NCBI GenBank assembly: GCA_030264375.1
Contig: JASCQW010000061.1
Location: 113,254,610 to 113,318,609, forward strand
DNA length: 64,000 nucleotides
Source: Carcharhinus longimanus
Taxonomy: Eukaryota
Direction of reading: 5' to 3'
The notes under the pieces were generated by a model that saw only the letters and a list, made by a program, of their open reading frames with translations, was not told the DNA's origin and searched no databases. This document shows, in pieces, positions 25,360 through 36,719 of the stretch. Numbering within the stretch: position 1 is the stretch's first letter; the number at the start of each line of letters is the position of its first letter. A program made the position numbers and the translations under genes.

Positions 25360-27720
25360 TTACTGGGTGTAAACTTCAGTAGCAGGGTCAGCATTTATTA
25401 TGTATCCCTAATTCTCCTTGAGAATATGATAAGCCAACATTTTGGATTGCTGAAACCCGTCTTGCGAAAGAATGTACACCCACAGTGCTGTTGACAGTGA
25501 AGGAGCAGCAATGTATTTATCAAGATGGTGTGTTAACTGTCTGTGTAACTCCTTATCCTTCTCGGTGGAGGTCACGAGTTTAGGTGCTACAAAGGAGGCT
25601 TTGTTGCAATGCACATTACAGAAGGTGCACAGTACAGCCATGATGATGGGAGTAACATTTAAGTTGATTGGAATACCAATCAAGCAGACTGCTTTGGCCC
25701 TGTATAGTGTTGAATTTCAGCATTGTTGGAGCTATAGTCATCCAGGCTAGCAGAGAATATTCCATCAGACTCCTGGCAATTTGTCAGTGGTGGAAAGGCC
25801 TTTTCAGTCATGAGGAGATGAATCATTCACAGCAGAACACTCAGTGTCTGACCTGCTTTTGTAGACATAATATCTCCATGGCTGGTCCAGTTAAGCTTCT
25901 GGTCAGTGGATCCCTCAGTATATTGATATTGAATTTGACAGTGGGTAATGCTGTTGAATGTAAAGAGGAGGTGGTTCAACTCTCTATTGTTGATGAAAGG
26001 CATTGCCACTCTTGTGGCTTGTATGTTACTTATTAGCCCAAAACTGAATCCTCTTGCATTTGGGCTTGAACTGTTTCATTATGTGAGAACATGGCAATGA
26101 TCAGTAAACCTTCCCTTTTCTGAGCTTATAATGGAAGGAAGGTGAAGTTAGTTGGACCTTTGCACACTGCCCAAACGAACATATGCGGTGATGTCCTGGG
26201 CAGAGATGATTGGTCTCCATCAACCACAGCCATCTTCCAATGTGCTAGACTTGACACCAAACACTGGAGAACTTTCCCTTGATTTTATTCACTTCAAATT
26301 TGAGGGCTGCTTGCTGCTAAGGGCAGTCACTAGACAACTAGACAACTAGATCTTTTGATCATGTTCATGGTTGGATCCTAGAAGTGATTCTGGGGAAATC
26401 CAAATTGCACCAATGAGCAGGTTAGTACAAACAGAACAGTAGAAAATTACAGCATAGAGAAAGGTCATTTGGTTCACCTTGTCCATTTGTCAAAATGCCC
26501 AATTCCAGCTTTTGCCCATAATCCCATAAATTATAGTTCCTCAAGTGAATATCCAAATGCCTCAAGGATTTCTGCCTCAACCACTTTGTCGAGAAGTGAT
26601 TTGACAGACATTCTGGCCTGGACTTTCGCTCAGCGGTTGGTCTCTTCAAGTTGGGAAGTGCTGTTTGATTGCACTGTCAGTGACTCCTTTAGTAACTTTG
26701 ATAGATTGTGGGAATGGCAATTATGAATTGATTGTGGTTATCCTGCTTTCTGTGGACAGGCATACCTGGGCAACTTTGCTTTTGTTAAGTAGACGCTAAT
26801 GTTATAGCCATAGAGGGGTAGCTTGGCTAAGAGTGTGTAGCCTTCTGGGGCATCAAGTCTTCACTAGAGGCTGGACCTTGTTAGGGCCCATAGTTTTGCA
26901 GTATCCAGTGCACACAGCCATTTCTTGATATCACATGGAGTGAATCAATTTGGTTGAAGACTGTCTTCTGTGATGGTGGGGATCTTGCGAAGATGGATCA
27001 CCTTAACACTTCGGGCTAAGGATATTTGCAGACACTTTAACATAATTCTTTTGCAATAATGTGCTGCGTGCGGCCATCATTAAGGATGAGGATGTTTGTG
27101 ACTCCTGTTCCTCCTGTTGTTTAATTGTTTACCAATTAGATTCAATCCAAGATTCACAGTAGGATGTTGCATAAGTCTGCTGTGGGTTATGGAATCAATT
27201 CACTCTGCTGACAACATGTTGATTCTACTGTTTAGCATGCCTGTAGTCCTATGTTATAGCTTCACCAGATTTGCACCTCATTTTTAGATATGCCTTATGC
27301 CACAGGCACTCCACATTAAAGCAGTGTTATTCGTTTACCTTGATGATAATAGAATGAGAGGGATGTGCCAGGTCATGAAGTTTACAAATATAATGGAATA
27401 TAATTCTGCTGCTGATGGCCTTCTGGGCACCTCATGGATGTCCAGTTTTGAGCTGCAAGATTTGATCTGAATCTCTCCCATTTGGCAAGGTGCCACACAA
27501 CATGATAGTGCGAGAACAGGACTTCATCTTCACCAGAACTGTGCATTGATCAGTGCTTCCAGTACTGTTGTGAGCAGTTGTATTTCCAATAGTTTGTTGA
27601 GGTTGATGTCACTTGGTTTTTTTTTGTCTTGGGTCTCTCTCCACCTTTTGCAAGTCTGAAAGCGACTCTTGGTCATGGGGCATTGAAATCACTAACTCAG
27701 AGTTCATTCTGTGCTCTGTT
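25360..27720 (-). mobile_element. Degenerate LINE of a second CR1-like family
   Basis: Reverse-strand similarity to the + copy at 45170-46680, 49848-50030 and 50440-50670. Its 3' end (cagcatttatt...ccctaatt) resembles the tail of the second SINE family. Confidence 0.55.
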
Positions 27721-28550
27721 AGTGCACTGGCATTTTTAAACACCTTTAAATAGAAGTCAAATTTGTGGCAATTTTATGTAACCAAGTTGTATTTTATAAA
27801 TAAGAATAAATATAGATCATAGTTGTATCCTCATTGTTGCATATAAAGTTCACCTCAAAAGTGAAATTAAACCTTTTTTTGCAATTTGTGATAAACAAAA
27901 CTTCCAAATCTCACTTTGCTACTGTATAACATCACTGCTCCCTTAGTTTGTTTTGTACTAATTTATTGAATGATGTAATCAGTTGATTAACTAATGCAGG
28001 AAACTTGGCATACGTTTTACTACAGCTTCCAGTTGGTTAAAACACTAAAAAAGATAAATTTGGTAAAATTGAAAGATGGAAATTGGACATTGTAAATATT
28101 TTCTTTTACATTTTTAATAAGAGAACATCAATTTATTCTTGGGTTGAAATTGTTTTGAAAAGCTTCACAGCCATGCAAAATAAATCAATTGATAGAAAGC
28201 CATCGGTCTCAAAAGATTAACTTTTGTCACAGAAACTGTGGATTTTTTTAATATTTACTGACAGTCACTTGAGCTCACCATATCATAATCTGCATACTGT
28301 CTCATCAAACGTAATCTACTTCCATATGATGAGCAGTGTTGCACATACTGTCTGGTTGTTTTCCTAGTTTCCGCTGTCCACCTCAAACAGTTAGTATCAT
28401 TTGCAAGTGTACTGTGTTGGTAAACCAGTTGCCCACAGCAAGTGAAATAGATCAATTTTATTCTCGTGTCAATTTATGTCTCTGTGCATTAATACACAAT
28501 ATATTGGTTAACATTAATAAATGCATCTTTATTTTCTATATTTTGCTTAG

Positions 28551-28628
28551 ACATGTGACTGTTCTGGTGGAGACCATCAAGAAGGGTATTTCGGACGCTG
28601 ATGCAGAAGCCAGACAGGAGGCTAGAAA
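28551..28628 (+). CDS. CLASP2: CLASP2 coding exon F (TOG2), 78 nt, phase 2/2
   Basis: Boundaries ttgcttag|A CAT...AGAAA|gtatgg. Translates HVTVLVETIKKGISDADAEARQEAR(K). Confidence 0.96.
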
Positions 28629-28847
28629 GTATGGAATTAATAGAGCTTTTCATACTTTTAAAATACATTAACTCTGCTGCAGATTAGCATTGACTTTATA
28701 TGGAATTAAATGGCAACAGTTTGTAGATATATAATGCCCAGAAGATGAATAATGAGCTGTAATTGTAACCTACATATTTTAATAAGTATCAGCCTACTTA
28801 ATAAACTGCAATTTTGCCCTTTGAACCCAAATGGTGTCGTGCACAGT

Positions 28848-29382
28848 TTTGATCCTCTTATTTGGAGAAGGATGTAGTGTCATTGGAGGCAGTTCAGAGG
28901 AAGTTCACTAGATTGATTCCAGAGGTGAGGGGTTTGCTGTATGAAGAAAGATTGAACAGTTTAGGCCTATACTCTCTGGAATTTAGAAGAATGAGGGGAG
29001 ATCAAATTGAGGTATTCAAGATGATAAAAGCTCTGGATAGCGTAGACGTGGAACTGATGCTTCTGCTGATGGGGCATTCTAGGACAAGAGGACAAGTCTT
29101 AGGATAAGGGGTAGCGAATTTAAAACAGAGTTGAGGAGAAATTACTTCTGCCAAAGGGATGTAAATCTGTGGAATTTGCTACCCCAAAGTAAGGTGGATG
29201 CTGGGACAATGAATAAATCTAAGGGGGAGTTAGACAGATTTTTAATTGGTAATGGGTTGAAACCTTATGGGGAGAATGCAGAAAAATGGTGATGAGGAGC
29301 ATATCAGCGATGATCGAATGGTGGAGTGGACCCAATGGGCCACGTGGGCTAATTTTGCTCCTGTATCTTATGAATTTATGAA
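28848..29382 (+). mobile_element. CR1 3' fragment
   Basis: ORF 28862-29107 reads KDVVSLEAVQRKFTRLIPEVRGLLYEERLNSLGLYSLEFRRMRGD...TRG. Tail cttatgaatttatgaa. Confidence 0.92.
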
Positions 29383-30129
29383 CTATAAGTAATTGCAAAA
29401 CTATCAACCCCATACTAAAACAATGCTCTCATACTAAGAAAAAACATGCAGTATACTAGTTCTAAATGACACAAAACTGAAGACTTTAGCTTTTACCGAC
29501 CTATACTGAGATAGTTAGTTTCATTCAGGCAATAGTTAGGGTCGTAAAATTAGCGTCAGTTCTGAGTTTGAGGAAGAAAATTCAGCCAGGATTTCTTCAT
29601 CCAGTGTTATCCCTGCTTAAAGGTACGGCTTAAAGATACTGATGTTTGTTTCTCAAAAACAATGTTTGGCTCAGCCAAGCTTTCTCACCATAAACAAACA
29701 GCTTATTAACAGTTACCTTGATTCATGGATTAAAATAGTAACTTGAGTGAAGTACCACAGAGCTGCTAGTGCCTATGTAACCATACTTAAATTAGTTACA
29801 TCTTGAGAACAAAAGAAATGGGAAAGAGGATGTATTGGTTTTTCTGCATGATCTTCAGTGAATTGCACTTAATTGCCATCAAAACTTGAAATTGTCAATG
29901 TTTTATTTACTCAATATTTAGGAATCATTGGCTTGAGCAATAAATAGTAAGGAATTTGAATTTATTTACTTTATTGTTTTTCTATTGCTGCGTAGCTTTT
30001 TTCATATTTGACTTGGGATGTTTTCCCAGAAATTAATTAGGTAGAGGCTAACTAATAACATAGTTATAGATGAGTACTTAATGTTCCTATCCAATACTAA
30101 AACTTGTGATGTTTAATTTTTCTGCATAG

Positions 30130-30297
30130 AACTTATTGGAGTCTTCGAAATCACTTTCCTGCAGAAGCTGATGCATTATACAACTCCCTGGAACCTTCCT
30201 ATCAAAAAAGTTTTCAGGCACACCTAAAGAGTTCCAGTAGTGCTGCATCTCTCCCTCATTCAGATCGGTCCTCTTCCAGCTCACAAGAGAGCCTTAA
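30130..30297 (+). CDS. CLASP2: CLASP2 coding exon G (TOG2 end and linker), 168 nt, phase 2/2
   Basis: Boundaries ctgcatag|A ACT...CTTAA|gtatga. Translates TYWSLRNHFPAEADALYNSLEPSYQKSFQAHLKSSSSAASLPHSDRSSSSSQESL(N). Confidence 0.96.
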
Positions 30298-31374
30298 GTA
30301 TGAAAAGATTATTTTTAAAGCTCTTATCCTGAAAGAAAATCGCTGCATAGCTCTTGAATTATACATAGAGTCAACGTTTTCTCCCAACAGATTAAGTTGT
30401 CTAAAAATTACGAGTAAAGATCACAAATTGAGCATACTATGAGTCTGTAATTAGGTTTTGTGTTTCTTGGAAAGTATAGTCAGTTGGACTTTGACACCGA
30501 TTGGCTCAAATTGTATTGTACATAGAACTCCAGTAATGAGGAAAAATTGTGACTATGATCAAAACAAAAATTTGTCGTTATTGCCACTTTAAAGACTCAT
30601 TGGTGGATGCAAAAACTGAAACAGAGTATGCCATTCCTCCCGTATTAATTCATTTACAGCACTACAAATTATAGGTCTTTAATACTTCAAAAATGCATGT
30701 TGCTGAATAATGGTATTCTATTTCAACTGTGATTGGGAATCTCTTCCTCCAGATTCTAAATTTTACACTGAACTACTTATTTTATCAGACTGCATATTAA
30801 CATTTTGACCACAGATAAATTTGTTCTTTCAGGAATTTTGTAGTTCTAAGGCTGGGTGTATGTGCGTCAGTGTTGCCTTTTTTTACTCTATGTGAATAAA
30901 CGTGTCCAGAATTTCTCCTCTAATCTTCTTAACCTGGACTTTTCATTGCCTGAAAATATTACCATGGAACATGTTCACACCTCCATGAGAATTGGTGAGG
31001 AAGAAAAATAAAAGGTTTAACTTTTTTTTTCTCAGTGGAGTAGAGAACAAACTTTTAAGAGGAAAATTACAGCTGAGTTTCTATTTGGGATAATGTTGCA
31101 AACGTACAGGGTAATGAGGTTCAAAATTATCGCAAGTTCGGACGTATGGGAGCAGGATGGGGAAAATATAAGCTGTCAAAATGTTACTTTTATTCGCTAA
31201 AATTACACTGATTATGTAAGACCAAATCCCGTTTTCAAACCAACAAATGCCATTGGCCATGGATATTTGAATTAAGGAGTCGAGAGCTATAGGACGGTAT
31301 GGTTAGGATGTTGAAGGGAATGAAGAGGAGATGACACTAAATTATTTTAGCAGGAGAAGGAGAGAGTGGAATAA

Positions 31375-31535
31375 ATACAAAAATGCTGGAAAACTCATCT
31401 GGTCAGGCAGCATCTGTGGAGAGGAACAACTATCATTTGAGGTAGAGTGATCTTTTATCAGAACAGTGCTGAATTTTTACAGCAGTTTTTGCTTTTATTT
31501 TGAATTTCCAGCATCTGCCATATTTTGCTTTTGTA
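31375..31535. mobile_element. Penelope-associated short terminal fragments in inverted arrangement
   Basis: aaaatgctggaaaactcatctggtcaggcagcatctgtggagag followed by opposite-strand pieces. Related copies at about 17725-17800, 18425-18510 and 38130-38215. Confidence 0.5.
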
Positions 31536-32622
31536 TTGAGGGGGCTGATGAGTGGAATTCAGAGAAGTACTGCATTTGGATAGGGTTGTGCTGTTTGGAG
31601 AAGTGCTGCACTAAGAATGGAAATTGATATTTACTGGGAAAATAACAGGAGTAAGAAGGTTAGGTAAAATGCTTAAGTGGCAAGATGGTGGGTGATGAGG
31701 GTAATTGGGACTGAGAAGGTCCAGTTTCTTGAAAAATTAAGAAGTTTTGATGATTCACATTTATCCAAGTTTCAAATTTTTTTCTTTGCAAATACCCCAA
31801 GCCCCACACCATGCTGAACTGAACTGCCTTCCTAAGAACACGAAGGGTATGCCCACACCAAATGAGCTTTAGCAGTTCGAGAAGGCAGCTCACTACTACC
31901 TTCTCAAGGCCAGTTAAGAATGGACAACAAATGTTATGTCTTGCTAGAGACACAGGCATATACCGTAATCCCTTCATCCCAGGAATCAAACGAATGAGTC
32001 TTCTCTGATATGCATTTAATGCAGTTATACCCATAAGTAAGGACATCAAAAGAGAACACAGTACTCCAAGTTAAGGCTGGGATTCACCACTAGCCTCGAT
32101 TGGGAAATCCGATGGACTGATGAATCAGGTGTCAGGGCTAAAATGGGAATCGTCAGACCACCCAGAGCAGACAGGAACCTAATTGATATACAAAATGAAG
32201 CAGTTAAATGCCATTTGTAATCAACAAATGTCGCTACCATACATTTGGACCCTTCATCCAAATCATCGATACAAATTGGAAATAGTCAAAGCTTCAGCAC
32301 TGATCCCTGTGGCACTCACTAATTACAGTTTGCCAACCCAGAATGACACTCTTATCTCTACTGTCTGCATTCTGTTAGCTAACCAATCCTCTTTCCATGA
32401 TGGGGCTGAGAGTCAATGGGATCGAAGGATCAAAAAAATCATACAGTGCTAATTAAGTCAAAAATGGAGGCCACAAGATATGGTTAACTAAGGGAAATTA
32501 CTTTGGGTTTATGTTGCAAAACGTTTAAAAAAATAATGTATTATGAGATGAAGGAGACATGTGGCAGTGTTGATTTGTATTCCCTGTCTGGGTTGATGCA
32601 AGCTATTTTTATTTCTTTCCAG

Positions 32623-32672
32623 TCGTGCCTTTCCTGCTAAATGGTCAGTAGCAAGTGGAGGTGCATCAAGAG
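32623..32672 (+). CDS. CLASP2: CLASP2 coding exon H (linker), 50 nt, phase 2/1
   Basis: Boundaries ttctttccag|T CGT...AGAG|gttagt. Translates RAFPAKWSVASGGASR(G), aligning to recalled human CLASP2 NRPFSSKWS. It supplies the phase 2 to 1 change needed between exons G and I. Confidence 0.9.
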
Positions 32673-34539
32673 GTTAGTCTTGCATTTAAAAATTCAGAAA
32701 TATGTTTGTGAAATACAGGTTGTGAACAGTTTTGAATGCCAAGGCTTGTCATTTTATTGATCTCTTGCATCCCTGATTGGATACAGAGACATTTTGGTGT
32801 TAACGTAACTTAAAACATTTGTTAAGTTTGCTTTGCTGATCCATATTACTGTACTTCACGTATCTGTAATATCTTCCATTAATTTGCACTTGTGGAAATA
32901 AACTGAACCTCCAGTGGCTTATAAAGGTAACTTTTTTTTTACTATCTTCCTTTGTATTAAGCACTGCTTTCGCTTCTAATTTGTCCCTTTATTTGTCCGA
33001 CTGACTTTTCTCTCGCTGTTTCTCTGTTTTTCTTTTTCGTTTTTTGTACTGTTCTGATGTGTGTTTTCTATTCCTGTCCTTGTTACCTGGCTCATTTCAA
33101 CTCTTCTATTTAAAATGGCTTTGGACTTGATGCTCTGTTTCTTAGTTTTGGTCCATGGCCCATAGACTAATTTATCAATGCGCACCAATCCACTTTGCTT
33201 TCACTGTTGTTTCCCTCGCAGCTCTTGTAGAATAAAGTACATTTGTTCTTTAGTCATTAAATTCCTTGTAAACTACAAGATGCTTTCAAAATATGCTCAT
33301 TTATATGGAATAGTTTTAAGTTAACTTAGTTATAGCAAGTTAAATTATGTTAACCAAGTCCTACAGGACAATTTTATGTGTGATCGCAAAAAACAAAGCT
33401 CATGCTTATTTTAAATTCAACCTGCTTAGGTTCACTATTATTTTGAAATTGATATTTGTGTTGAAAAAAGTGATTTAAAAGTGAAGATTATTTCTCTGTA
33501 GCAAAGTTTGGCATTGCTGTGCTTTCTTGTAACAGGTGTGCATTGGACCTGACACCCTCTGCATTGCTGCCTCTGTCCCAAGTTATCTGAATATTTGAGT
33601 CAGAAATAAAATACATATCTTGGGGGGGGAGGGGGGGGTGCGCAGTCGGCCGCATGATGTAAGCATGGAAGTGTCTGCTTTTTCACAGATTCTGGCATTA
33701 CTCTCCTTTTAATACATTTTTTAAAAAATGCTGATGTACAACGCATAATTATTTGACCCTAATGTGTATAATATTCCTGGAGGAATCTGGCTAAATTTTG
33801 GTGACAGGAAGCTGAGTTACATCAAGAAAACTCACGTTTGATTGTGACGGCCATGGTGGGGCCCAGTTCTCAGTGGCAGTTTTGCTGATGAGTGGGCCTG
33901 TGCTTGAGCGGTGCCATAGGCATCGTGATGAATGCTGCCATTGTGAGTGAAGTTGTGAATGACTGTTATTTGGTACTTGCATTCATGAACTGAGATATCC
34001 TAACCAGAATGGATGCAATGGAGAAGAGAATCCCATCAGTCACGAGGGCAGTTTCCTTGGTGCGGGCTCACGTTCAGTTCCTGGAAATCAGTGATGCATG
34101 GTTTGTCGTACATCTAGGTTGATTTGGGCGGACGGGGCTCGAAAAGGAATGTGTATGTGCCCAGCCTCCCAAGGAGAGCTGGAGATGGATTCCTAGCTGA
34201 ATTTGGGATCTGGCTGCCATGCTAGCACAATCTCAATTCGAAGGCTGGACATTTTGAGTTCGATGGAGCATATTTTATCTAGTCTTGAGGCCTGGGGTCA
34301 TCAAAGACTCTGAATGCTGGTCTTCTATTGCCTTGTACTTGGCGTTCATTAGGAAGGGTTAGAGGCAGTCAGACATGATAGGTCTTCACCACATATTAAG
34401 GCCTAGGTTTCTCTTCACCATAGATTTGGGAGGTGCAAAAGCTTTGGTGAAACTTTGAATGGACACTGGATGTTGCTCAAGGACCCTGGTATGGCTTTGG
34501 CCTTTTCAAGCGCTCTAGATGGTTAGATTATCTTGTAGT

Positions 34540-36295
34540 TCATCATTAATTCTGGTTTTTATTCCCCTGTGGTTATAACCCTTATTTTGTGATCTTGTCT
34601 TTTATTCTAACAAGAATGTATGATATATGAGCGTTGAGACATTTGTTGCCTGTTATCCTTTTACACTGTGAAAATCAGGATTTGCTTAGCCTGAACTGTG
34701 CCCCTGTTAAATCCTTGTGTTGATCCTGTGCTGTGTCCTTTTCACCCTGATGGGGCAATCCTTTAACCAAGCTCTGAGGCGAATTTTGCTGATTGTCCTT
34801 TTAGAGTCATATTCTTCTGTCTTTTGTTAATCCTTGAATGTATCCCTTGTAAATTTTTCTCTTAATTGATCCTGTTGTGTGGTTTATCACATCGTTGGGG
34901 CAATAATAAGCATGGTAGTGAACTTTTGCTTGTTATCCTAATAGCTTAGTGAACCCTGTGACATCCATTTACAAGAGCCAGGAGATCCACCTTTTCATTC
35001 ATCTTTTTGCCTTATAATCCTGGCATATATAGTGGTGGACTTTTTCGCTTGATATCCATTATTACTACAGTGATTAAAATGAGCAGCGCCTTTGCAGGGA
35101 GGTGGGTAAGTGATTTAATATAGAGGTAGTTGGTAGGGCTCTACGAGTCTTCACAATTGGTGAGGAAACACCCCCCACCCTCCTAGAATTTACTGACTCA
35201 TGTATTTATTGTATTTCAGCTATTTTGGAATTAAGGAATCATTGTTTGCTTTCTGTAAAAGGGTAGGCAGGTGATGTATTCTGGAGAAGACCAGGTGTCT
35301 TTTTTGTCATTAGCATCTTTGGTATCGTTGGCATGGGGAATAATGCACTGGTGCACTCCCAGACATGGTTGGTTAATCCTTCAATATCTAGCCTGGTTAG
35401 GTTGGTCTTCTATTTGTATTGGCTGCACAGGTAGTGACAGTGGTTACTTGATTACTTGACTCATGAAAAATACAGTGAACATATTATCCTGTTGTTTGGG
35501 TTTCTCTGAGGGGAAATGGATCGAATCTCGTTGGTATTGAGGCCTAAACGGCGCCTTGGGTATTTAGGGACAGACATAGTTTGCTTTGTTCAATGTATAA
35601 GGACGTTGAGTATTTTTGGCTTGTGGCACTTTTTCTGATTATTCTAGAGCAAGTTGGGGCAGTAGTGGCTGTGTTCATCTGGATCAGGTGGAGGGTATGT
35701 TAGGCAGGGGGAAGTAGGTTGCCCTCCTCGGAGATATCCCCATTTGGGGACTTCTGGACTGCTCTACTTGGAACTTGGTTTCCCTGGGGGTGTAGTCTCC
35801 TATTGGCTGTAGGACTGACTGCAAGTCTGGGTGCATTAAGATTCCTTCTTCGGTTGGAACACAAATTGGTTGGAGGAGTAGGTTGCCTCTTCCAAGTGGT
35901 CTTACATGGAGACTTCCAGTCTGCCCACCTTTTTGAGGTTTGGGTCCCTGTGTGCTTGTGTGCATGTGTGTTCGTTCCTTGGTGGAAAATGGCTTAAGTT
36001 CCCCAGTGATAGGGGGCCTCCTCTGATGTGGCTGGAGAGGAGGGAGCTTTGTTGTGTTGCAAGTCTATGCATGATGTATGAATCCTTAGTTGACAGGTTT
36101 CTGTACGTGAGAGTGTACATTACCATGCCATGTCTTCGACTGATGGCAGCATCCTGATGTTCCCCCGTTTCTCTGTGATCCTTTCGTTGCTTGGAAGTCC
36201 TGGGCTGATGTATTGGGCCCTTGTTAGCTGCATGTTACCCCATAAAGTGTGCTATACATTGTGTAATTCTGACCCTGTTTGTCTGTGGAGGAAGG
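34540..36295 (-). mobile_element. Highly degenerate LINE remnant with RNase H-like motifs (I/Nimb/Ingi group, tentative)
   Basis: Minus-strand motifs in order: LPSVEDM, SKIAEIQ*IHESV (35191-35229), FLTNCEDS*S (about 35138-35168), MPGL*GKKMNEKVDLLA (34976-35026), AQFRLS, ISYILV. Confidence 0.45.
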
Positions 36296-36719
36296 CATGG
36301 TGTGGATATGCCGGCATTGGACTGGGGTAAACACAGTAAAAAGTCTGACAACACCAGGTTTAAGTCCAACCGATNNNNNNNNNNNNNNNNNNNNNNNNNN
36401 NNNNNNNNNNNNNNNNNNNNNNNNNNNNNNNNNNNNNNNNNNNNNNNNNNNNNNNNNNNNNNNNNNNNNNNNNNNNNNNNNNNNNNNNNNNNNNNNNNNN
36501 NNNNNNNNNNNNNNNNNNNNNNNNNNNNNNNNNNNNNNNNNNNNNNNNNNNNNNNNNNNNNNNNNNNNNNNNNNNNNNNNNNNNNNNNNNNNNNNNNNNN
36601 NNNNNNNNNNNNNNNNNNNNNNNNNNNNNNNNNNNNNNNNNNNNNNNNNNNNNNNNNNNNNNNNNNNNNNNNNNNNATTAAGCTTTTCCAGCAGCCTAAG
36701 ATGGTGACACAGGCAACAG

